From the human T2T-CHM13v2.0 reference genome, Homo sapiens: DNA of 64,000 nucleotides. The notes beneath the pieces are model-generated. The model searched no databases and was not told the DNA's origin. It saw only the letters and a list, made by a program, of their open reading frames with translations. The translations under genes were made by a program, and so were the position numbers. Numbering within the stretch: position 1 is the stretch's first letter; each line of letters starts with the position of its first letter. The stretch lies in assembly GCF_009914755.1 (NCBI RefSeq), contig NC_060927.1, one strand, 5' to 3'. Shown one piece after another: positions 33,853 to 48,031 of the stretch.

Positions 33853-36257
33853 TCAGTTGAGTTTTAATGCTTTGCTAAAAGCTTATTTGCTTTTGTTGTA
33901 AAGGGCCAGGCCAGACCAGGCTAGACTGAACTGATTGTGATCACTTTAAATATCACTTATTTGGAGTTCTTCATGGTGGTTCACTGAATTCTCTTGTTGG
34001 AAGCATTTGCCAGCACATACACAAAGAGTTGGGTAGCTTGGGCATAGAGAAGGCCTATGTGGTGGGTTCCAGCTGCCTTCCAACTTTCCAGGCTATGCCC
34101 AGATTTATTTTCTGTCACCTTCATTCTCTCTCCATAGACACTGTAAATGCAGAGCAAGCTGCTACACACAGCCTTCGTCTTCTACTCATACACACAGGAG
34201 AGTCTTTTGGATGGGAAATGTAGGCTAGTAGATCAGTTATGTTTTTCTCTAAATGCTAGGGAGACTTCATGCTTATGAAAGCTGTTGTAGGGGTAATGAC
34301 TGCCACAGGACACTTCTACCATCCTGTCATGACACCTTTCTTAGCTCTTTCTGGGCTGGTAATTAGGAAAAGAGCCCAAGCATAGTCAGGCTTCTTGACT
34401 ATGAAAAAAAAAAAAAGTTACCAAAATTGAAAAAAGAATAAATAGTTACCAAAATTGACCTGGTGATCTTTTAAAAATTAGGTATCTAGGCTTATGTGGT
34501 GGAGTATATTCCAAGGGATATACTTAAAGTCCTTCCTTTCTCTTGAGAACTTTTCTGAGATTTGGATACTACCTTCGTGATAGTCTTCACATACTTCTGG
34601 GATTAAAACCAAGTGATCAGAGACTAGAAAGGAACAAGCTTCAGTCAAAAATGTATTTAAGCAAAATTTGATTTTAAGTTACATTGTCAAAACCTCATCT
34701 GTGGAAAGAAATCTTTTTTAGGATACTCTGCATCTCTTCATATCATTGGCACACAGCTAGACATGACTCTGGAAATATGTAATTTCAAGCATTGGTGAGG
34801 CAAGCTGAGGTTAAGGGGGTTTTCCCTCCTCCGGGCAGCTAAGGGATCATCATATGATTTTCCCCACAAGGCAGAGATACTGGGCAGTCCTGGCAGGCCC
34901 AGGGTGGGGCTGTGAGCCTGCCTTTGAAGTACTGAGTGCTGTAGCCGAAAGTAAGGACTGGTTCATAGGCAGAGCAGTCCTTTTGCATAATCTGCCCCCT
35001 CTTCCACCCATTCTCTTCCTGAGAAAAGAGCTTTTGCACAGGTGGCCACTCCCAGGGTTGTGGGCTGTTAGCAACTTGCATTTCCCCCTTAATATGCCCC
35101 AATATACTGTCAAGAGTAGGTTTGCAGTCCCTGGGCAAAGTGATAGGACTGTACCTGCAGGTCCTATTGGATCAACAGGAAAAGTGTGCAGGAGTGTTTT
35201 ACATTGTGGTCAGCCTGTCTTGGGAAACAGTGACTGTGTTAAGAAGTCCTTAGGAGTCTTTTTCAAACCCTGGGCACATCTCTACCTGCAGCTAGTCCAC
35301 CCATCATCTGTGAGAGTGTTTTACTTGAATTGTAGCAGTCCCTCAGCTCTCACAGTGCTGGTGTGACCAAGTTACAAGAAATTGCAACTTCATCTTCTTG
35401 ACCCATGAACACGTGGAGATATAAGAAGGAAGGAAATCATGTCAGTAACTGTGACCATGATAGCATGATAAGTCTGAGAAATTAAATGGAAAAATTAGAA
35501 GTATTCATAAACTGTGATCCTTATTTTAAAACTATCCAGCATTTGGCAGAAACTATCAAACACTCATTTGGAAAGGTTTTTTTTTTTGGTCAGGATGGCC
35601 CAGATAGGTCCTTGTCAAAGCATACTGGCAGAGCTGTAAGGGAGAGTTCAGACAGGCTCTAGCCACACCAGTAGCTAACATATGATTTCTAAAAAGATCT
35701 TTTTGACATTCTACCATTGCTTTCCATGAGAGTGTACATACATATCACAGGGATGATGTGAGCATGAGATATTCTGCTCTGCCATAACTGAGGCCATGAC
35801 TACACAGCCATTCAGTTCTGCTCATGACCCATGATAATGAGCAAGAGGCAACAGTGATACTGCTGGTGTTCTGGGAGCCAAACCAGGAAGTACCATCTTA
35901 GATTATAGAAGAACAAATAGATATGAGAAATTTAGCCATTTTTTAAAAAACTGAACATGTAACCTTTTGTTAGTTGATCACCATATTTCAGTGGATACTT
36001 TCTCTTTCCTTCCAAACTCATTTTATTAAAGTACAAAAGCTAATAATAACTCTATGGCACACTTTTAGTCCTTTTCTTGATTTTTTTTAAGAAGATGGGC
36101 AGGCACGACAAACAGGCCAGGTGTTCCAGGTAAACAAATGGATGTTAACATTGTTTTCTGTAACTCCTGTGTCAGAATTAGCTATAATAAAACTTTAAAG
36201 AAAACCGTTAGCCAAAAGAGTATAACCTGAAAGGAATGATTTAAAACCTCTAGGTCA

Positions 36258-36559
<302 letters not shown>

Positions 36560-36573
36560 AAAACCTCTTGCTC

Positions 36574-36878
36574 GGTCAGGCACAGTGGCTCACGCCTATA
36601 ATCCTAGCACTTTGGGAGGCCGAGGCAGGTGGATCACCTGAGGCCAGACGTTCAAGACCAGCCTGGCCAATATGGTGAGACCCCATCTCTAAAAAAAATG
36701 CAAAAATTAGCCGGGCATGGTGGCGTTCACCTGTAGTCTCAGATATTCAGGAGGCTGAGGCATGAGAATTGCTTAAACTCGGGAGGTAAAAGTTGCAGTG
36801 AGCCAAGATCATACCACTGCACTCCAGCCTGTGTGACAGAGCAGAATCTGTCTCAAAACCAAAACCAAACCAAAACAA
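36574..36878 (+). mobile_element. AluS, tandem with the previous Alu
   Basis: Complete Alu; TSD AAAACCTCTTGCTC. Confidence 0.95.
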
Positions 36879-37203
36879 AAAACCTCTTGCTCAAGAAGGG
36901 ACCGTACCCTTCTTCAGACCATGTCTAAGCCAGCAGAGATGTGCTACCACTTGCCATGGCTCTCTTTCTTTGCTTTCCTGGAAAGTCTGTACCCTGTAGT
37001 CAGTGGAAATAAAGGGCTTTGTCGTGGTTTTTTGGGAAGTACAATGTTTTAACCTATTTTCTAAGACTTGAATTTCTAAGGTTATCATTGATTGTAGGTG
37101 ATATGAGCCAAATTACATATTAAATGGTTTTCTGTCTTGTCATAAGAAGTCCATCTATGATTTATTATGTTGTTCTAATAGATGACTAAGTTTTTTTCCT
37201 AAA

Positions 37204-37388
37204 GCAGTGGTTGCCGAACCTCAGTGTGCCTCAGAATCACCTGCAAGGCCCATAAAACACAGATTTCTGGGCCCACCCCAAGAGTTTCTAACTTAGTAGG
37301 ACTGTGGTGGGACCTGGCAATTTGCATCTCTCACAAGCTCTCAAGTGATGGTGATGCTGCTGGTCTGGAACCTCCTTTGAGAACCATG
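37204..37388. mobile_element. MER5A DNA transposon
   Basis: cagtggtt...cagaatcacctg...ctgggcccacccc...tttgcatctctcacaagctc...tttgagaaccatg. Confidence 0.8.
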
Positions 37389-37693
37389 TCATAGAGAGTA
37401 CTCTGCTTATGGATGTTTTTCTCCTTCTTGATTCCCTTTACTCAATTACTGCTCCCCTTTGGACATATCTATTAGAAGGCAGCTATATAGGCATAGCATC
37501 CTTTTAGAGGACCCTCTGACTCTTCCCCTTGTGCTCAGAAACACACTCTGTCCTTTTCTTTGACTCCTGACAAAAATGTGCATGTTTCATCACTGACCTT
37601 CAAGTGATGTTTCTTTCTTTTCGTGTTTGTCTTAATTGTTCTTGTTTTTCTCTGTGCTGTCCCTTCATTTTCGCCCCTTTCTTTCTGACGCAG

Positions 37694-37711
37694 AGATGAA
37701 GATAGTTGGGT
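37694..37711 (+). CDS. DOCK3: Candidate alternative 18-nt DOCK3 microexon (G replaced by EMKIVGC)
   Basis: About 87-nt AG-free pyrimidine tract, ctgacgcag|AGATGAAGATAGTTGGGT|gtaagt; phase 1/1, no stop in the DOCK3 frame; predicted from sequence only. Confidence 0.6.
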
Positions 37712-38795
37712 GTAAGTTCTGTCTTTTGTGTGCTCTGTCTGCTTATTGCCTGCTTTGTTCTCATCTTCATTTGTTTCATGGAATGTTGCAATACTGGGGT
37801 GGGGTATCATGTACATATTAATAATCCTCATCAGCCTCACCTTCTTGGGTAACTGACAAGACATAAAAAGAAAAGCTACCAGCCCATCCTATAACACTGT
37901 GTATTACTTTTGAGTATTCACTAAGATCTGAAGAAACTGGAGACATATTGGAATGTCTAGAAAATCTTAACAAGCTTAAGGTGTATAGATACAGGAAACT
38001 ATTTTTGTATGAGACTGATCAGTTGCATTCATTGAAAAGAAAAGGAATCGTGCTTACTCCAAGCCAAAAGAATCAGAAAGGTGGAAAGCTTCTCTTTTTG
38101 GCTTTGTGGGACATACTTCACATGAAAAGGCAAACCAACAGAGATATGGTTTTTGGAAGAAAGCTTTCCTCAAGGGGAGCAATGACATTATTTACCACAA
38201 GTGGGTTCATAGCGCTGGTCAATCTGAGTGTCAAATGAGGCTATGGCAGTGTATCTAAGGGATGGTTTAAGAATAATCACATCTAGTCTCAAAAGAGGTT
38301 GGAAGATCATCACATCCCTGACTCAAGAAAGGACAAACTATCTATAGTGATGTCACACTATGCCCATACCTCTCATCCTGTTAGAGCAAAGAGCATCACT
38401 GACTTTGTTGCAATGGAAACCAGAAGTGTGACACCAAAGACATGGTAAGAAGAAGAAAGAATCCTTCTTTCCTGGGTACTCTAAAGAAGTCCTCTCAAGA
38501 GCCTTTTTTTTTCTTTTGGTCTCTTCCTCAAGTAAATAAGAACTACTCCATTGGTTGCATACCTAAAACCATCCAAGTTGAATGGTAGCTAACATCTCTA
38601 CATTTCCATGTATGCTGTTAGGAGACATCCTTCTATTCTTCCAACACATAGGCTTGGCATCATCCCAATTGTACTGAAAGAAAGTCAGTTCTCATCTTAC
38701 ATGATCTTAAGGAAGAGAAAGCACATCTGTAGAAACCCCTCCTAATCCTATCTAGAAGTAGACAAGGTATAAATAATATAGTATTAAATATTATT

Positions 38796-39236
<441 letters not shown>

Positions 39237-39771
39237 TCAGATTTTGACTGGCCAAACTTGTTTGGGCCTTCGCACATTATTTCTGCTGGGATGGAATTCC
39301 ACATGGGCTAGCACTAATGAAACATTTGGCCCCAAATTCCAAGTAGTACTGGAGTATCTGGCAAGAGATTCTCTTGCTAACAAATGTTCTGGTGCCTGAG
39401 CTGGACTTCAGAGGTTGGGAGACCTCTGAGACTACTCTCAGAAGAAATCTGCAAACACATCATGAACTGTTTCTCCAGAGTCACTAGGATACAGGTCTTC
39501 AGAGGGTCAGACCTGTCACTGGTCTGTGACAGTGCTCCCTATCTATCCCGTTAAGATTTCTGGTGGCTGAACAGCACTGTTTACTTTTAAGATCGCTCAC
39601 TCCATAAGCACCTCTGAGTATTCCAGGCCAATCCCTGTCATAATAACATAGCCCCAGGTTCATTACCTTGCTTTCTCCCAGTAGCTGTTTGTCTAGGTGC
39701 ACAGGAATCTGTATTTTTGATGTGCAGTTGCAGTGTAGTGTGGCTGTTCTTCACACATAAACGTTCCCAGC

Positions 39772-39968
39772 CAGGTATCAGTAAACTATAGCCTATGGGC
39801 CAAATCCAGCCAACAGCCTATTTTTGTACTTCTTGCCAGTGAAGAATGTTTTTCTTTTACATTTTAAAAGTGTTGTAAAAACAAAGAACAACTGCCAGAG
39901 ACATATGTGGCTGACAAAACCTAAAATATTTACTATTTAGTCTTTTACAGAAAAGGTTTGTCAACTCC
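39772..39968. mobile_element. MER58-type hAT element
   Basis: cagtaaactatagcctatgggccaaatccagcc...cctaaaatatttactatttag...tttacagaaaaggtttg. Confidence 0.75.
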
Positions 39969-41351
39969 AATAAACCTAAGTGCCCAGTTTTCTGAGTGCA
40001 GCTGTACCAACAGATCCTGTGAGACTGTAAAAGGGACAGATACTTTATTCCGAGACCCTCTTATAAAAAAAAACTCAAATCGTTCCACTTCATTCAAGAA
40101 ATTCTGTTGGATGTCACCCAGGCACTAAGCACTCAATGTAAGGCATTACTGATGCTGTAAGATGCCCTGCCAACCTTAGGAAGCAGAGGGCACTTAACAA
40201 AGGGAGTCAGGGCTGCCCAAGGTCCTTCCTAAAGGAGAGACCCGTCATCAGGGCTACCCTCAGAAATACCTACTCCTACTTCTTGTAGAAAAGACTCACC
40301 CTCTCAGCACATCTGCATGCTGCCTAAGAGCTGCCCAGTCCCCTACTCCTACCCAAACTCCATCAACGTCCTCCCAGCAGACCTCCATATTCTGGTTTCC
40401 TAGTGTTAAATAATGAAGAACATCAGAATCACTTGGTGATTTTTTAAAAAATATATGTACACAAGACCCACTGGAATTTCAAGGTGTGAGTGCTAGAAAT
40501 CTGTTTTCAACAAGTTCCCCAGGTGGTTCGAATACAATCATCCAGGCACTGGTATGCAAACTAACCTCCAAAACCACTGCTCCAGCTTTCTCTTTCTCAT
40601 CTTCATTGTAATGTGCCTGCCCTCATGCCTCTCTCTCCTGGTAATATTTCCTGGCAGTTGGTGCCAGAGTTTACAGGAGGCTCTTGGAAGCAGAGCCTTA
40701 ACCCAGAGGCATGATCCCACTGGTAGGTTTTGTGAACACGTAACATGCAATAGGGACAGCTGAAGAGTGGGGGAACCATGGAAGGCTATCTATAAGGCAG
40801 GCAGGCAGGCCTGGGTCATTAGATCCCTGGAGCTTTTCACATTTGCTTCTGCTTATGCTTTCTCCTAGTTCCAAGAGAATTCGTGGAGAGCTTGATTGAA
40901 GTGATCCCCCAGAGAGATTTTGACAAGAAGCCTCTCCCTCCCAGCAACATTCATTTTCACAAATTGCCACTCTTGAAATTGAAACCATAATCGCATAATT
41001 GCAACCCATAAGCCCAATAGCCTAATACCTAACCTGACTGAGAATAGTTCTAGTCTAGCTAGGCAGGTCTGTTCTCCAAATAAAGAGCAGCTAAAGACCT
41101 GATGAAAATAAACTGCTTCAGTCTGTAACTCAGAGGGTACAATTACTTGTATTGATAAATTTTCTCAGCTAGATGATCACCAAAGGCATTCTGTTTTTTA
41201 AAAAAATGAAAACTACAGGAATATGTAGCTTAATCCTTCCGTTTTGAAACTGGCATTTTACCTTAAAATGCTCTGCCCAGAAACTGTGAGCATATCTCTG
41301 TATAGTCAACACAGATCAAATTCTGTCATTAACAATCTCTAAGACACTAAT

Positions 41352-41663
41352 TTTATTTATCTGTTTATTTATTTTTAAAAGACAATGTCTCACTCTGTCA
41401 CCCAGGCTGAAGTACACTGGCATGATCATAGCTCACTGCAGCCTCAAACTCCGGGGCTCAAGCGATCCTCCCTCCTCAGCCTCCTGAGTAGCTAGGACTA
41501 CAGGTGTACACTACCATGTTTAGCTAATTTTAAAAAATTTGTTTTGAAGAGCCTCACTATATTGCCCAGGCTAGTTTGGACTCTTAGCCTCAAACAATGT
41601 GCTCACTTCAGCCTCCTTATAATCCATAGCAGGAATTACAGGTATGAGCCACCATGCTCAGCC
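41352..41663 (-). mobile_element. AluJ
   Basis: Antisense Alu, atcatagctcactgcagcctcaaactcc. Confidence 0.9.
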
Positions 41664-44070
41664 CCTAGTTTTATATTAGTATTTTATATAATATATAACT
41701 AGGAAAAGTTTGAAAATGTTTCATTTGAAGGACATGTTTATTGATTAACCTGTGTATAGAGCCACAGAAACTAAAAACGTTTGTATAACCTAGAATAATA
41801 TTGCTGGTAGCCAACAGATAACTGCTTTTAAAAGCCTCATAGATTATTTTCAGAATAACTTCCAGAGAGTTCAAACCAGGGTAATATTTAAATGAAGCAC
41901 CTATTCTTTAGATTAAGCATTAAAATTTTCTAGACTATTTGACTCAGAAAAGGATAAAAATTAAAATTTTAGAATAAATAATAAAAAAAATCTAGACTAT
42001 TCACCTTGTGCTATATCAGTCTACAAATTTAAGTATTACTTAAATTCCATAGGAAAACTAATGTGCAATTAAAAGACTTTTATAAGAAGCCTGTTTCAAT
42101 TGTTAAAAATTCCAGGTATAACTATGATTTATCCCACCATAATAGCAATAACCTGACTTTAAAGGAGAAAGTTAAAATGAAGAAAAATAGCAATAAGCCA
42201 TAGTGAAGTTCTGTTAAGTTTGGATTTTACTTTCAGGACTGACTTTATTCAGCCTTTGTCCTGACAGTAGCAGACTGATGAATTTGAGCTTCCTTTCTCA
42301 TTCTACCTGTCTTTCCCACCCAAACCTACCCTGTACACCTGAGTGCTCTAAATAATGTACCAGGAGGGCCCAAGCAGCAATGTCCAAAGGAAGCGGATTA
42401 AGATTCCAGACTCATCAGAATTCAAAGCAGAGGCACTTCCCAATCCAAGGGTTTGTGCAGATGTGGTCCTCCAGGATATCCTACATATGCAACAGTGGCA
42501 TTTTGGTATGATTTTCAAAACACATTTTCTTCTTCCTTCATGGTAACCTCAAGGTTGCTTGTTTAGGAAAGAAGATGGCTTTCACACATTAGGGAAAGTT
42601 CTTAGGGCTCTTGAGGAATAGTTAATTGCTTGTCATGAACTTTTCTTACCCACTTTAGCCACAGTATTTTGAGAACCTTCATTATGCAACCAAATAACCA
42701 TGATTGCAAGATTGCATACCTGGGATAGGAAAATGACCTGAATAATGGAAGGACTAGTCACGAAGACCCTGAAATCCTCAAATATGTGCCAGTCCTGGTC
42801 TATTCCTGTTTCATGCATGAGAGAAGCTCAGATGCTTCCATTATTAGAGAGGTAGTCAGTGCAAAAAAGAGAGCATTGTCATTTATCTCTGACCAAACCA
42901 GAAAGCCCACTTGCTAACCAAAAACAAACCCTGCTTCTATCATTATGATTCCAGGTGGTAACATATTTGAATGTACTAGTTTTTCTAAGAACTGAAGTAG
43001 AAAAAATTACCTGGTTTCTGAATTGGCATGTTTTGCTGTTGTTTCATTACCTCTCATTTGGTTTCTTCAGGCTGCTAACACATCTTCACTTTGGTCTTAC
43101 CCATTTTCCTTTGCCATTTTCTCCCTTTGAAGTTTGTTGCCCCCACAGCGTTTTACTATTTTTTTTTTTAAGTCAGAAGCCCTTCTTTAGTTCATGTGAA
43201 TAAAACTGGTCATGTTAAAGGTTTAGGAATTTAGAGCAGCCTAAATACACTCTTATACATGAACAGGCAATGCTGTCTCCCCTCAACTCATCACCCTAAA
43301 AAGGAAGATGTAACTTAGGTCATTTTAGACTTGAAGTTTGAGCTTCTCTTCTCCAGTCTTGAACAACAGAGTTGGGCAAATTGGGCTGGTCAGAGCACAG
43401 GGAAGCAAAAAAGCACAACAGGTTGTTGCCTCATTGCCTTACTACCTATGCTTCTGGCAAGTGATCTCCCAGTGCACTTGCAAACAAAAAGAAGAAAAAG
43501 CGACAGGTAGTCCAGTGACCTCTACCTGTCACTCCAGCAGGGAATGGGATTTGGAACAAAGCCTCCAGGAGGAAGGAAAAGTAATATATCCTCTAGTCAG
43601 ACTCAGAAGGGATGGGGATTACAAAAAGAAAGCATATAAAAAGTATAAATCTATAAAAGAGAAACCCTTCTTGAGGGAAAAGAAGAGGGATTAGTAGTTA
43701 AGACATAGGCATGTTAAAATGTTATTCCTTTTGATTCTAGAATCTTCCCTCTTTGGGAGGCTTAGATTACAGCCATTCTCCTGGAGGGGAGAAAGACTGA
43801 GCAGTCTGAGCATCTACAATCTGAAAGATTCTCCACCCTTGACAAGGTGTGGTGAACATCTTTAGAATTCAGACTTAGAGAACACATGACTAACCAACCT
43901 GGGTGCTGCTGCACTGATACTGGTAGAATGTCCATCATTATTAACCAAGCTTGGAATGCCCTGAACACCCACCCAAGCCCCAGAAGATCCAAATGCTAGC
44001 CTAGTTCTCTGTGAAAATGGGGCAGTATGGCTTCTGGAGTCATAAGGATGTGGCATTTCTTTCCCCGCAG

Positions 44071-44195
44071 GTGATATCCGCAATGACCTGTACCTAACCC
44101 TGGAGAAGGGGGATTTCGAGAGAGGAGGAAAGAGTGTACAAAAGAATATTGAAGTGACCATGTATGTGCTTTATGCAGATGGAGAAATCTTGAAG
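44071..44195 (+). CDS. DOCK3: DOCK3 coding exon C (125 nt), start of DHR-1/C2 domain
   Basis: tttctttccccgcag|GT GAT ATC...TTG AAG|gtaagg; (G)DIRNDLYLTLEKGDFERGGKSVQKNIEVTMYVLYADGEILK. Confidence 0.96.
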
Positions 44196-45704
44196 GTAAG
44201 GCTTGCCAGTCAGTCATTTGGGTTGGAGGATAATCCTATAATAATTCTCTGTGGACTTTATCCAGAGGCCCATTCTCTTCAAGCAGGATTAAAATCACCC
44301 CATCAGCCTTTTTCTCTGCCTTTTTCTTTCTTGAAGAAAACTCTAAAGTGTGCTTTGATAATGACTTCCAGTATTGTACAGCCATTGCAGAAATTTATCC
44401 TAGTGTCTGACCTGAATCCCTCTTGCTCCAGTTTAGATTTATTCCCTCTAGTTCTATCCTACATGTTACCTCTCCTGTCATTCCACCTAGCATAGAGCTG
44501 CCTACTTTTGGTAACTGTTATTAGGTCCCATTCTGCCTTTTTATTCCTTGAGCTAATACAGAAAGTTATATTTACACTTTGGTCAAGTGTGGAACTTAGA
44601 CAATCACTTCCTGGTACCAAGTTATAGGACAAAGAACAGCAGACTCAGGCCGTGGAAGATTTAAGCCAATGTAGTACAAGTGTCCTCTGTTATTCTTCAC
44701 TGAAAATGAAGACTTCAGTGCTGTTTTTCTGTTGCATGTGAGTTTTTTCTTCAGTCTAGTCATGGTAAAGTCTGCGGTGAATAACAAGGCATCATTTGCA
44801 GCCCACTTTGTAGAAGACAAATCGGTGTTGTACGAACCTTGCTTCTGTGTGTTGGCAGCAGCCCTGTGAGATAGAACAGGAATGATCATTCCCATTTGAC
44901 AGAGGAAAAGGGTAAAATTAGTCAAAATCATTTCCCAAATCAAGACAGAAATAGAGGAGAATGTTGAAATAGTAGTAGAAACAACGATTTGTATGTCATT
45001 TTAAAAACTTAACTCAAAAACCTAAGCCTGTTCACTGTTTGCATGGAGCATGCCAGTGGCAGGAGAATGGTCAGCTGATCACATCACCCCTGTGTGGACA
45101 GGGACCTACTCTGGCTTATGTGGCCCAAAGCTTCCTGTTGTCCAGACAAGGGCATGGGCAGTACTGAGACAGCATCTTCATGGCAATATTTGGGAGATGG
45201 GTTAAGTTAAATCTGGACTAACTTGTTTATATCTAAAGAAAGTCAGCCAGGGGTGACCTAAAATGCCAGTCCAATGTAGGACTGAGGACAATTAGAAAAC
45301 AGGCTGTCTCCACTTTGTAATTTAATTTTTTTTCTGATCTGGTAAAATGTTACATAGAGTTGGCTTTTCTCATGCAGCTTGTTGTTTCTCTTCTTAGTGA
45401 GGATGAGGAGCCTACCTTGGTGATTTAGATGCACCACCCTGCTTCTCTCTGTTTTTGAGGAGTACATGTGGTTACGTTCACCCCAAGGAAAACAAGGAGC
45501 ATTGTGACTGCTGATTTCATATACCATCTATGTAACTGCTTCCAAAAGCATTGAATTTAAATCAAATGCATTTTCTTATCTCATAGATTTTGCTTAGAGC
45601 AAAAATGAGACCTTTAGACAAGAGAAAGAAAAGTGTCCTAGTGACACAGAAATCCAGACATTCCTACCAGGAAGATGACATCTTATTTTGTTTCTTTCTT
45701 CCAG

Positions 45705-45867
45705 GATTGCATCAGCTTGGGTTCAGGAGAGCCAAATAGGAGTTCCTACCACTCCTTTGTCCTCTACCACAGTAATAGTCCTCGCTGGGGAGAAATTATC
45801 AAATTGCCTATCCCCATTGACCGGTTCCGGGGCTCCCACCTGCGCTTTGAGTTCAGACATTGTTCCA
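45705..45867 (+). CDS. DOCK3: DOCK3 coding exon D (163 nt), DHR-1
   Basis: ttctttcttccag|GAT TGC...TGT TCC A|gtgagt; DCISLGSGEPNRSSYHSFVLYHSNSPRWGEIIKLPIPIDRFRGSHLRFEFRHCS. Confidence 0.96.
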
Positions 45868-46403
45868 GTGAGTTAGACTTCCCCCCCTCCACATTCCCTT
45901 GAGAATATAAATATAACTCTCTCCTCTCTTGAACAGAATTAAGTGGATTCTTATTTGGGCAAGAAAATGAAGAGTTAGGAATAAACAGCTACTCAGAGAT
46001 GGGATGTCACCAGAGGCTGTTCTTGGGACTATAAAAGCAGTGATTCAAAACCACAAAGTCTTGTGTTGGCCCTTCCTGGTGTCTGACCTAGTGTCTGAAA
46101 TTATTATCCATTGTCATTCTCCTTTGAGTATTCCTTTGTACCATTATTAAACTGCTTATTAAAGAGACCCTAGTTCATCAAGACCAGCAATTTAGTTTCT
46201 TTTTGGGTCTAGGTAGCCTATATGCCTTGAGTATGAATGGAAACTCATTTCAGCACATTTCTCATCATTCCTGCAGTCAGGTTGCCACCTAGTTAATGAA
46301 AGAGGCGAGGAACAAAAGAGCATAGGTGATAAGCACAAGGAGAATTTCCATGAGGAAGCAGAGTGGAAGGCAAAAAACAACTAATACTTGGCTCTGATTA
46401 CAG

Positions 46404-46510
46404 CAAAGGACAAAGGGGAAAAGAAACTCTTTGGCTTTGCATTCTCAACCCTGATGCGTGATGATGGCACCACCCTCTCAGATGATATTCACGAGCTTTA
46501 TGTGTACAAG
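46404..46510 (+). CDS. DOCK3: DOCK3 coding exon E (107 nt), DHR-1
   Basis: ctctgattacag|CA AAG GAC...TAC AAG|gtatga; (T)KDKGEKKLFGFAFSTLMRDDGTTLSDDIHELYVYK. Confidence 0.95.
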
Positions 46511-47082
46511 GTATGAAGCCTAGCTGCCTTTCATCCCCACCCCTTACCTGCCCTGAGGCCACTCTCACACATGGTTCTCAGTTAGGTGGTTTTCACTGGG
46601 CAGGCCAGAAGACCAAGGGAAGTGCACTGGTGGGTGACAGTGGGACATCTGTGGGCAGGCTTCTGTCTTCTAAGTGCGGTGGCCGTCCTCCCACAAGTAA
46701 CGCCAACAGGTTCTTTGTTTTCTACTTCTCACTTCACTGGATGGAAATCCATTACCAACCCCTCATTGCCATTGTGGTCTTGTTTAGTACATTCTTAGAC
46801 CTGCTATTTGAGATCATGGTACTGTCAACTGTCATAGCATAGCTGCCACCCAAGGTTACTTGCACATCAGGTGGCAACCACATGCCCCACCATATTCTGT
46901 TTAAAAGGCACATGAGCTGTTCTAGGGAGTTTCTGAACAGAAAGTACTCTTCCAAGAGGACCTGAGGCCCAACGTTCAGCCTTAGGAAGATGAGAGCAAG
47001 TATCAGCCCAGAAATTCCTAGGACCTGGTTTTTGCATGTTGCATGGCTCAGGGGACATTTTTTTCTCCATTTTTGCCTACAG

Positions 47083-47254
47083 TGTGATGAGAATAGCACG
47101 TTTAATAACCATGCTCTGTACCTGGGCCTGCCCTGCTGCAAAGAGGACTACAATGGCTGCCCTAATATTCCTTCTAGCCTCATCTTCCAGCGCAGCACCA
47201 AAGAGTCTTTCTTCATCTCCACTCAGCTCTCCTCTACCAAACTCACCCAGAATG
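47083..47254 (+). CDS. DOCK3: DOCK3 coding exon F (172 nt), end of DHR-1
   Basis: ttttgcctacag|TGT GAT GAG...CAG AAT G|gtaggt; CDENSTFNNHALYLGLPCCKEDYNGCPNIPSSLIFQRSTKESFFISTQLSSTKLTQN. Confidence 0.96.
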
Positions 47255-47590
47255 GTAGGTGATAATGCCTGCAGGGTGGTGCCCTCCACCCTCCTCCATT
47301 GTTCACTCCACACTACTAGCGCATGTGAAGGGAGAGATAAATTATTCCTTCTTGATGCCATAATAATGGGCTTCTTTTCATTTGAAGTTGAAGCGATCAC
47401 TCAGCAATAGCAGCCTACAAGGTTTTTCATGGTTTTAGTAGCTCCACAGTACATCCAGAGTTTACAGATGAGTCTTTGGCCTTAGACTCAGTCTGTGGTG
47501 ATGCTTGCAGCTAGTTCTGTTCCTCTAGATTCCACCTGTCCTTGACTGGGAGAGTCTGGGCCTTGCTTGACCTTAGAATAGCCAGGGTTT

Positions 47591-47898
<308 letters not shown>

Positions 47899-47933
47899 TC
47901 AAGGGTTCCTCATCTTTTGGGCTTGCTTTCTAG

Positions 47934-48031
47934 TGGACCTCCTAGCTCTGCTGAAGTGGAAAGCCTTCCCCGACCGGATCATGGATGTACTAGGGCGGCT
48001 GCGGCATGTCAGTGGGGAGGAAATTGTTAAG
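47934..48031 (+). CDS. DOCK3: DOCK3 coding exon G (98 nt)
   Basis: cttgctttctag|TG GAC CTC...GTT AAG|gtatgt; (V)DLLALLKWKAFPDRIMDVLGRLRHVSGEEIVK. Confidence 0.96.

Noticed and set aside
34854-35366. 170-aa ORF in unique intronic sequence
   Set aside because: No recognisable domain or convincing splice sites; overlapping ORFs on the other strand; compatible with chance
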